DNA of 34,447 nucleotides from Acidobacteriota bacterium (GTDB lineage: Bacteria; Acidobacteriota; UBA6911; JACQSX01): contig DASXQR010000045.1 in the NCBI GenBank assembly GCA_036507075.1, positions 1-34,447 on the forward strand, in the 5' to 3' direction. Both the position numbers and the translations under genes were made by a program. Positions 1 through 7,800 of this stretch are shown piece by piece. The first letter of the stretch is position 1. The number at the start of each line of letters is the position of its first letter. The notes beneath the pieces were generated by a model that saw nothing but the letters and a program-made list of their open reading frames with translations, had not been told where the DNA came from and did no database searches.

Positions 1-58
1 GCATGGGCGGAGCCGGGGAAGCCAAAAGCCATAGCCAAAGAATTGTGATGATCCACAT
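1..58 (-). CDS. 5' end of a gene running off the window edge; signal-peptide-like N-terminus
   Basis: Minus strand reads ATG at 58: MWIITILWLWLLASPAPPM, hydrophobic and open to the edge; TAAAAT lies 8 nt upstream. Not in the ORF track. Confidence 0.5.
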   Translation of the reverse strand, partial: MWIITILWLWLLASPAPPM

Positions 59-87
59 GGATGCGAATTTTACCTTAAATTGCGGCT

Positions 88-143
88 GCTGGCTTGGTGT
101 CTTGGTGGTTCAAAAAAATCAAGCACCGAGGCACCAAGCCAGC
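88..143. repeat. ACCAC-family inverted repeat
   Basis: gctggcttggtgtcttggtg (88-107) pairs with caccgaggcaccaagccagc (124-143); 2 mismatches, both G-U compatible on the + strand. Confidence 0.85.
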
Positions 144-220
144 CAAACCAACCCCGCATAACCGCTTCGTGATATAACTTCAGCGCCAAAAAGGGACGTT
201 CAACTTCAGGAGAAACTCTT

Positions 221-988
221 TTGCAAAAGAACAGAACAAAGGCGAAGCTGAAAAGCGGAGGGACCGTCTTCGGGTGCTTTATTCGTTACCCCGATGCAAC
301 GCTGGTCGAAGTACTCGGCTATCAGCCGTGGGACTTCATCGTATTTGACGGCGAGCACGGAACCATCGAACCGCGGGACTGCGAGAATATGGTGCGCGCG
401 GCAGAGATTCAGGGAATTACGCCCATCATTCGCGTGCCGACAAATTCGGCGCCGGTTATTCTTCGCTTTATGGACACGGGAGCTCAAGGCCTTCACATTC
501 CAATGATCAATTCAGGAAACGAGGCCGAAAACGCCGTGCGCTCCGTGAAATATCTGCCCCGGGGCGCGCGGGGACTGGCCGGCGTGAGAGCATCAGACTT
601 CGGCCAGAAAATCCCGCTGGGAGAATACGTGGCGCAGGCGAACAATGAAACGCTGATCGCAATTCACATCGAAACGGTGGAAGCGGTGGAGAACCTGTCG
701 AGTATTCTGCGCGTTGAGGACATTGACGTCATTTTTGTGGGACCGAACGATCTCTCCAACTCGCTTGGTTTTCCCGGCCAGACGCAGCATCCCAAGGTAC
801 AGGAAACAATTGAACACATCGCGGGCGAAGTCGCGCGGGCCGGCAGGCTGCTCGGCATCATGGTGGGGAACGCCGCCATGGCCCGCCAGTGGCGCGACAA
901 AGGGGCGCGGTATATCACGATTGTGATGGATGGTCTGCTCGGACCCGCCTGCCGGAGTTACCTGAATGAAGCAAGGGCTGGCGAGTGA
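221..988 (+). CDS. HpcH/HpaI family class II pyruvate aldolase (GarL/RhmA-like)
   Basis: Motifs FDGEHG, IIRVP, MDTGAQG, YLPRGARG, IETVEAVENL and FVGPNDLS; AGGAG RBS before a TTG start. Confidence 0.9.
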   Translation: MQKNRTKAKLKSGGTVFGCFIRYPDATLVEVLGYQPWDFIVFDGEHGTIEPRDCENMVRAAEIQGITPIIRVPTNSAPVILRFMDTGAQGLHIPMINSGNEAENAVRSVKYLPRGARGLAGVRASDFGQKIPLGEYVAQANNETLIAIHIETVEAVENLSSILRVEDIDVIFVGPNDLSNSLGFPGQTQHPKVQETIEHIAGEVARAGRLLGIMVGNAAMARQWRDKGARYITIVMDGLLGPACRSYLNEARAGE

Positions 989-1067
989 CGATTGTCGAGT
1001 GACGAATGACGAGTGACGAATGACGAGTGACGAGTGTGACGAGTGGCGGCACTCGTCACTCGACACT
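982..1067. repeat. TGACGA(A/G) heptamer tract with inverted end; possible bidirectional terminator
   Basis: About 8 heptamers followed by inverted copies; 10-bp stem 1036-1045/1050-1059; fills the gap between convergent genes. Confidence 0.9.
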
Positions 1068-1068
1068 T

Positions 1069-3246
1069 CTACCTGCCGGCTGCCGGCGCGGCGCCGGGGC
1101 GTACTCCCATGTTTTCCATGATAAATGCCCACCGGTCGGCCTGCTCTTCGATAATTTTTGAGGTCGGCTTGCCCGCCCCGTGGCCCGCTTTGGTCTCAAT
1201 GCGGATCAAAATGGGCGTCGGCCCCGCCTGGGCTGACTGGAGTGTTGCCGCATACTTGAAGGAGTGGCCGGGCACGACACGGTCATCGTGATCCGCCGTG
1301 GTTATTAGCGTGGCCGGATAACGGACACCTGGTTTGATGTTGTGCAGCGGCGAATACGCATACAGTGCTTTGAACTGCGCGGGATCGTCGCTGGATCCGT
1401 AATCGAATACCCAGGCCGAACCGATGGTGAACTTATGGAACCGGAGCATATCCATCACGCCCACTGCAGGCAGGGCCACGCCGAACAGATCGGGACGCTG
1501 GTTTAACACCGCTCCAATCAGCAAGCCTCCATTAGAGCCGCCGGCAATTGCGAGTTTTTTGGGAGACGTGTAGCCTTCCTTGATCAGGTACTCAGCGGCC
1601 GCAATAAAATCGTCAAATACATTCTGCTTGCGCTCTTTTGTTCCGGCCAGATGCCACTCCTCGCCGAACTCTCCGCCCCCCCGCAAATTCGGCACCGCAT
1701 AGATTCCGCCATTTTCCAGCCACACCAGCGAGGAAGTGCTGAACCCAGGCCTGCTTGCTATGCTGAAGCCGCCGTAACCGGTCAGATAGGTCGGATTGTT
1801 TCCGTCCAACTTGAGCCCTTTGCGGTGGGTGACAAACATGGGAATCTTTGTTCCGTATTTGCTCGAGTACCACACCTGTTTGGTCTCGTATCCGGAGGGG
1901 TCAAAATCGATTTCTGGTTTGCGGAAAAGCTCGCTCTTTCCCCTTTCAGTCTCATAACGATAGATCGTCGGAGGATAAAGGTAAGACTCAAAAACGTAAA
2001 ATCTCTCCTTCTCGCTCCGTTTCCCTCCGAGTCCTGACACCGATCCGATTCCGGGTTGATCGAGATCCTTCAGATGCTTGCCGCTCAAATCGTAAAAACG
2101 GACCTGACTGTAGGCATTATGTAAATAGCGGGCAATAAACTGATTGCCCGCCATCGTCACGTTTTGCAGGGCCTCCTTGCTTTCCGGAATAATGGTCTTC
2201 CAGTTTGCGCGTTCCGGTTTTCGAGTATCGATTGCGATCACACGCCCGCGCGGCGCGTCCAGATCAGTCTGGAAGTAGAACACCGGACCGTCATTGTCAA
2301 TCTCATCAAATGATGCTTCAAATGTGTCGATCAGTCTCACAACGTTGGCGGTGGTGTCAGGATGCTTTGGGTCCTTCAGGTCAATGTAATAAACGCGGTT
2401 CTTCGGTCCTGCTTCTGAAAGCGCGATAACCGCGTAACGACCGTCATCACTTACCGCGGCGCCCATGAGCCACTTCGGTTCATCCGGGCGCTCGTATACC
2501 AGGCGATCTTCGGATTGGCGCGTACCCACAACGTGGTAGTAGATCGTGTGATTGCGATTGGCCTGCTGGAGGCGAACCTTCGGATCAGGCTCGGGATAAC
2601 GGGAATAGAAGAATCCGCGGTTATCGTTTGTCCATGAGATAGAAGTGAACTTTGCCCAGTTGATCACGTCGTCAAGATCTTTTCCGGTGGCAACGTCCCG
2701 CACTCGAAACTCCTGCCAGTCGGAACCGGCTCGCGCCAGGCCATACCCCAGATATTTCCCATCGTCGGAAACGTTCAGACCTGAGAGCGCCACCGTGCCG
2801 TCGGCAGAGAGTGTATTGGGATCCAGCAGCACGCGCGGCTCGCTCTTCAAGGTCCTTTGCACGTACAGCACCGATTGATTCTGAAGGCCGCTGTTTTTCG
2901 AAAAGAAATATTGACCGCCGTCTTTAAAGGGTGCGCCGTATTTGGGATAATCCCAAAGTGTGGTGAGCCTCTGGCGCAGCGGCTCACGCTGCGGCAAGCC
3001 GTGCAGGTAAGGCATGGTCAAATTGTTTTGAGCTTCCACCCACCTTGCCGTTTCTTGGGAATTCGTATCTTCCAGCCAGCGGTAGGGATCCGGCACCCTG
3101 ACGTCGTGATAAACATCAACATGGTCTGTCTTTCGCGTTTCCGGATACTGGAATTTCGCGCCAGAAACAGACCCGATAAGAACCAGCAGCAGCAAGGCGC
3201 CAAGCGATTTTCGCCCAGACATCAAGGATTTCTGTTTTGAAAGCAT
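1069..3246 (-). CDS. Prolyl oligopeptidase (S9A), with signal peptide
   Basis: DPYRWLED, NLRGGGEFG, catalytic GGSNGG, DHDDRV and GHGAGKP. Start moved from 3345 to ATG 3246 (GGAG upstream, followed by a hydrophobic signal). Confidence 0.95.
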   Translation of the reverse strand: MLSKQKSLMSGRKSLGALLLLVLIGSVSGAKFQYPETRKTDHVDVYHDVRVPDPYRWLEDTNSQETARWVEAQNNLTMPYLHGLPQREPLRQRLTTLWDYPKYGAPFKDGGQYFFSKNSGLQNQSVLYVQRTLKSEPRVLLDPNTLSADGTVALSGLNVSDDGKYLGYGLARAGSDWQEFRVRDVATGKDLDDVINWAKFTSISWTNDNRGFFYSRYPEPDPKVRLQQANRNHTIYYHVVGTRQSEDRLVYERPDEPKWLMGAAVSDDGRYAVIALSEAGPKNRVYYIDLKDPKHPDTTANVVRLIDTFEASFDEIDNDGPVFYFQTDLDAPRGRVIAIDTRKPERANWKTIIPESKEALQNVTMAGNQFIARYLHNAYSQVRFYDLSGKHLKDLDQPGIGSVSGLGGKRSEKERFYVFESYLYPPTIYRYETERGKSELFRKPEIDFDPSGYETKQVWYSSKYGTKIPMFVTHRKGLKLDGNNPTYLTGYGGFSIASRPGFSTSSLVWLENGGIYAVPNLRGGGEFGEEWHLAGTKERKQNVFDDFIAAAEYLIKEGYTSPKKLAIAGGSNGGLLIGAVLNQRPDLFGVALPAVGVMDMLRFHKFTIGSAWVFDYGSSDDPAQFKALYAYSPLHNIKPGVRYPATLITTADHDDRVVPGHSFKYAATLQSAQAGPTPILIRIETKAGHGAGKPTSKIIEEQADRWAFIMENMGVRPGAAPAAGR

Positions 3247-3399
3247 CTCAGGAATTTCTCCCATAGTAACTTCCCTTGTAGGCAGCATTAGAATTTGCTC
3301 AGAAGTTGACGAATTATCTTCAACTCCACGACCAGGCCGTGTCAAGCGCGGTAATCTCCGCCCCAGTCAGTATCGAGAATCAGACAATCTCCACTCACG

Positions 3400-3511
3400 T
3401 CAGTACCGCGGGCGTCAGCCCGCGATACTGATGCAGGTGGAGCGGGTTCGATTCTCCTGGCGCGGGCTGACGCCCGCGGTACTGATGCGGGTGGATCTGA
3501 TGCGGGTGGAT
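3400..3511. repeat. REP-like inverted pair (REPIN-like), GTAC family
   Basis: Perfect 25-bp IR tcagtaccgcgggcgtcagcccgcg (3400-3424 / 3461-3485), each arm internally palindromic, followed by a tandem 15-mer ctgatgcgggtggat x2. Confidence 0.9.
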
Positions 3512-3574
3512 AGGGATCGACGTTTGAGGCGGCATGTCTACCGTTTGTACACTGACTATGGCATAGTTTTCTTC

Positions 3575-4654
3575 ATGAACGATCCTGATCTTCGCCTGGT
3601 GCAGTTTGAAATTCCCGGCAAAGGGCGGCGGGCAGGCATCGTTTGCGGGGACTTCATCGCGGATCTAACAGACGGATTCCCTGATATTCGGTCCACTTAC
3701 GATTTGTTCTTTCACGCCTTCCAACAAGGCGCCAAACTTGCTTCATTCCTTCGGTCGATTGACACGAAATCCTTGCGGCAATTCGCGTATGTTTCCTGGG
3801 GACATAAACCGCCAGCCGGAATCGGCCAGCCGGAATCTCGAAAATCGACCGCGGAGGTAAGAATCCGTCTTCTGCCTCCCATCGATCATCCCGATCCGGC
3901 CCACTGCCTGATAACGGGGACCGGTTTGACCCACCTGGGAAGCGCGCGCCAGCGCGATTCCATGCACGCCCATGCAAAACCTGAGTCACTCACCGATTCG
4001 CAAAAGATGTTCGAAATGGGCGTCAAAGGCGGCAAGCCTTTCAGCGGCCGGGGCGTACAGCCGGAGTGGTTCTATAAGGGAACGGGACTGATCCTGCGAG
4101 GTCCGGGCGATCTTTTAGACATCCCGGAGTTCGGCGAGGAATGCGGCGAAGAACCCGAGATTGCCGGCTGCTACATCATCGATCATGACGGCGTTCCGCA
4201 CCGACTCGGGTTCGTGGTGGCCAACGAATGGTCCGATCATGCAATGGAAAAACAAAACTACCTTTGGCTGGCCCCTTCCAAGCTGCGCACCTGTTCCATT
4301 GGTCCGGAACTGGTGCTGACAGAGCAGTTTAGGAATCTGCGCGGGCGCGCCCGCGTCCTCAGAAAAGGACAATCGATTTATGATTCGGGCGAGATCCTCA
4401 CGGGTGAAGAGAATATGAGCCACTCACTGGCAAACCTGGAGGATCATTTCTTCAAATACAAGCAGTTTTGCCATCCGGGCGACATGCATATCCATTTCTT
4501 CGGCACCAGCAAACTTTCCTTCGGTAATTGCCCCCCTCTTGATGATGGCGACATTGTCGCGATGCAGTTTGAAGGCATGGGCCCTCCCTTGGTGAACTTC
4601 GTCCGCCGGCTTGCTCAGTCAAAAGAGCCTGTGCGCGTGAAAACAGAAATCTAA
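3575..4654 (+). CDS. AraD1/GguC-like fumarylacetoacetate-hydrolase-fold protein (sugar-acid catabolism)
   Basis: RLVQF N-terminus, GTGLTHLGSA, QPEWFYKG, GEEPEIAG, NEWSDH, YLWLAPSKLR and HIHFFGT. The ORF-track extension to 3431 runs through the REP element, so ATG 3575 is preferred. Confidence 0.85.
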   Translation: MNDPDLRLVQFEIPGKGRRAGIVCGDFIADLTDGFPDIRSTYDLFFHAFQQGAKLASFLRSIDTKSLRQFAYVSWGHKPPAGIGQPESRKSTAEVRIRLLPPIDHPDPAHCLITGTGLTHLGSARQRDSMHAHAKPESLTDSQKMFEMGVKGGKPFSGRGVQPEWFYKGTGLILRGPGDLLDIPEFGEECGEEPEIAGCYIIDHDGVPHRLGFVVANEWSDHAMEKQNYLWLAPSKLRTCSIGPELVLTEQFRNLRGRARVLRKGQSIYDSGEILTGEENMSHSLANLEDHFFKYKQFCHPGDMHIHFFGTSKLSFGNCPPLDDGDIVAMQFEGMGPPLVNFVRRLAQSKEPVRVKTEI

Positions 4655-4677
4655 GTGGACGGCGGACTGTGCCGACA

Positions 4678-4815
4678 ATTGCCACGAAGACACGAAGACA
4701 CAAAGATCTAACCGTTATCCAAAAGTGACACTGCAGCCTTGATCGCACGAACCGTGCGCGAAGTGTCACGCCGGGCCAAAAGCCGGCCTTTGTGTCTTCG
4801 TGGCTTCGTGGCGAT
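4678..4815. repeat. ACCAC-family long inverted repeat with inner hairpins
   Basis: 28-bp arms (4678-4705 / 4788-4815, 2 mismatches), inner gtgacact/agtgtcac and cgcacg/cgtgcg; lies between convergent genes. Confidence 0.9.
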
Positions 4816-4823
4816 AAAGTGGG

Positions 4824-7800
4824 TTACCGGAGCGGCAGGCGCAAGGAGCGGCCGGACTGTGTGAAGAACTCGATTATTCCCGAGTAGGACTGCGACGGCG
4901 ATCCGCTGTAAAGAACGAACTGAGTCGTGTAGCCGCCACCATCGGCGAAATGCGGCAGAATCAGCGGCGCCATCCAGGCAGGCAGATCCTCACTTACGGG
5001 CGATGTCGTCGTGATGAGGAAATCGTCCCGTTCGTTTACTCGCGCGCGCAGGCCAATGGCGGAAATCCTTCCGGGCTCTGCTGACACTCTCAGCAGCCCC
5101 TGGAACGGACCCTGCAGGAATTCGAACCCGGGAACCTGAACCAGGTATGTCGCCACCTGGCCATTCGCCGGAATCGAAAGGCTTCCCTGCACTCCTGTAG
5201 GCGTGCCCGCCAGTGTAAGCAACTCCACGTTTACATCAACCGGAGTAGAGAGCGGGTTGGCGATCGCAAAACCGGTCTGAACCGGGCCACCGGCGCCTGA
5301 GGTTTCGGCATAAAGCCTGAAGGCGGATGCCGGCCGCAGCGCCGGAACGCCAGCCTCCGTCACAAGTACGCCATTGCTTCGGAACGAGAACAAGCCGAGT
5401 CCGACAGGTGTGGAATCACCCGCCGCAGGTGTGACGCGGATCGATCCAGCACGGGTCTCGATTGCCTTTCCGGCAGTGGCCAACCGGTATGCGCCGCGCG
5501 CCGGAATCGAGTACTCAAAGCTGTTCTTGTTTTCACCGTTCGCCTCGAGCGTTTGCGCCTGCGCCGGAGTATCTGTGCTTCCTTGATCGAAGAACTGAAC
5601 CGAGCCGCGCAAAGATTGATCCGTCGGATTGACCAGGACAAGGTCCGTGTTCCAGCCGCCACCTTCGGCGAAATGAGGCAAAATCAAAGTTTCTGAGCTA
5701 AGCGAGCCCATGTCGGCAACCGGCAATGTGGTGAGCAGGAATTCGGAGCGCTCATTGAGATGACCTCGAAGCGCAACGGCGCCGACCGGAATGCTCGCAC
5801 GGAACGTCATGGTCGCGTTTACGAGAGCACCCGCGCCAAACGGAGGCTGATCAAGGAAGGCAGCGATCTGGCTGTGCGCGGTGACCACAAAACTGCCCGC
5901 TCCAAAGTCCTTGCCATCCTCATCGGTAAAATGGAACGAAATCAGCGCGTCTTCATCGCCAGGATTCGCGATCGCCAGCCCGGTGTTGACCTTCTCGTCG
6001 ACCTGCGCGTAAATGCGCCCGGAAGAAATCATCGGCGATGCGGGCACACTGGCTTCCGTAACGATGACGCCGTTCTGACGGAAATTGAAAAGAGCCAGGC
6101 CGGAAGGCGTGCCCTGGCCGGGCACCCCCTGAATGCGGGCGTAACCGATGACAGGGGTATCCGAGCCGCCATTGGTTATAAGCGACGCAAAGCCGCTGAC
6201 CTTGTTGGAACCTTCTTCCGCTTCAGCGCCGCCGGCCACAACGGTTGCAGTATCGCTGGCAATGTCGTTGTAAAAATTCGTATCGGTGGCATTGGCAAGT
6301 TGCGCGGTATTGACGACCGTCGTGCCCGGTCCGAGGCCGATGCCGACTACCAGCTTGATGGTGCTGGCCAGACCCGTGGCTACCGATGCGGAAGAAGAGC
6401 ACGTCACCGTCTGGCCCGAGGCGGAACAACTCCACCCATTGCCATCAGCGGACACGAACGTCAGACCGGGAGGCAGAGTATCGGTGACCGTCGTGCTTCC
6501 AGCCATGTTGGTCGGTCCCACATTCTGCACCGTCAATACATAGGTCCCCTGTCCGCCGGAGACGAAGGCAGACGCGTGCGTGACGCCGATCGACAAGTCA
6601 GGGCCGCCGGAGCTCTGGTTCACCGTAAATGTCTGACCTCCGATGGTGAGTGTTCCGCTGCGCGCAGCTTTAGCAGTGTTGGCGGTTATCTGATAGGTGA
6701 TGCTTCCATCGCCTGTTCCCGTCTTGTCCGACGTGATCTTGATCCAGGGGACATTGCTTGCAGCCGTCCATTTGCAGGTGCTGCCGCCGCTCACGTAAAC
6801 AATTCCGCTTTCCACGCTGGGACCGTGAGCGCGTGTCGTAGGAATTAAGGCAAAAGGACAGTTCGGAGCCTGCGTGATGTTGAATAACTTCCCCAGTAGA
6901 TTGATTTGGCCGATGCGCGCCAATGCCGTCGTGTTGGGCGAAATTGAATACTTCACCACTCCGTCGCCGCTGCCGGTTTTTCCCTCGGTGATGGTAATCC
7001 AGCCCGCACTGGCTGTGGCGTTCCACACACAGCCATCGGGAATCGTCACCAGAATGTTGCCTGTCTCAGCTCCTCCTTCATGAGAGCGTCCCGAGGGCGC
7101 AATGGTCAAAGGACAGCTTGTCTCCTGCCTGAGGGTGAAAGTCTTGTCCCCTCCGATTACGATGCTGGATTCGCGGGGAGCGGGTTCCTTGTTGGGAGCC
7201 AGTGTATATTTGACAACGCCGTCGTTTGAACCGGTCTTCCCCGCGGCAATAGTGATCCACTTGACGCTGGCAGCCGCAGTCCAGTTGCACCCTTTGGCAT
7301 TGGCCACGGTAACGCTTCCGGTCTCGTTTCCGGGACCGTGCGCCCGGCTTCCAGGATCAATGGCAAATTCCGGACAGGGAGTCGCCTGGGTCACGGGAAA
7401 CTCCGATCTGGCCGCAAAGGTGATGAGCCCTTCTCGTATTTTGGGAGTCGTGTTTGCCGTGATGATGTAGCTGATGATGCTGCTTCCCTTCAGCGGAAGC
7501 TTGGACGTGATGGTCAGCCAGGAAGCGCTGCTGGAAGCGGTGTAAGGGCAGATCCCGACCATCGAGATAGTAAAGTTGCCGCTTCCCGCCGACGGGTTAT
7601 GGTCCCGGAATCCCGGGCTCCATGTGTAGGGACAGCCGACGCCATCCTGATAAACGTGATACTTCTCCGGACCGATCGTAATGGTGCCGTGGCGAAACTC
7701 GGGTGAGGTATTCTGGTCAACAAAATAGCCGACGATTCCATTGCCGGTTCCGCTTTTGCCCGAAACCACCGTGATCCACCCGTCGTTGCTCACCGCCGTC

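Noticed and set aside
3436..3462. tRNA T-arm-like GGGTTCGATTC
   Set aside because: No cloverleaf or acceptor stem; it is the interior of a REP pair and the second copy has GGATCGATTC.
221..4654. Aldolase plus AraD1-like gene as one sugar-acid operon
   Set aside because: They are separated by an oppositely oriented peptidase gene; a functional link is plausible but unsupported.
5760..6848. 362-aa + strand ORF and other ORFs opposite the large protease gene
   Set aside because: Antisense to a clearly coding multi-domain gene and no family signal.
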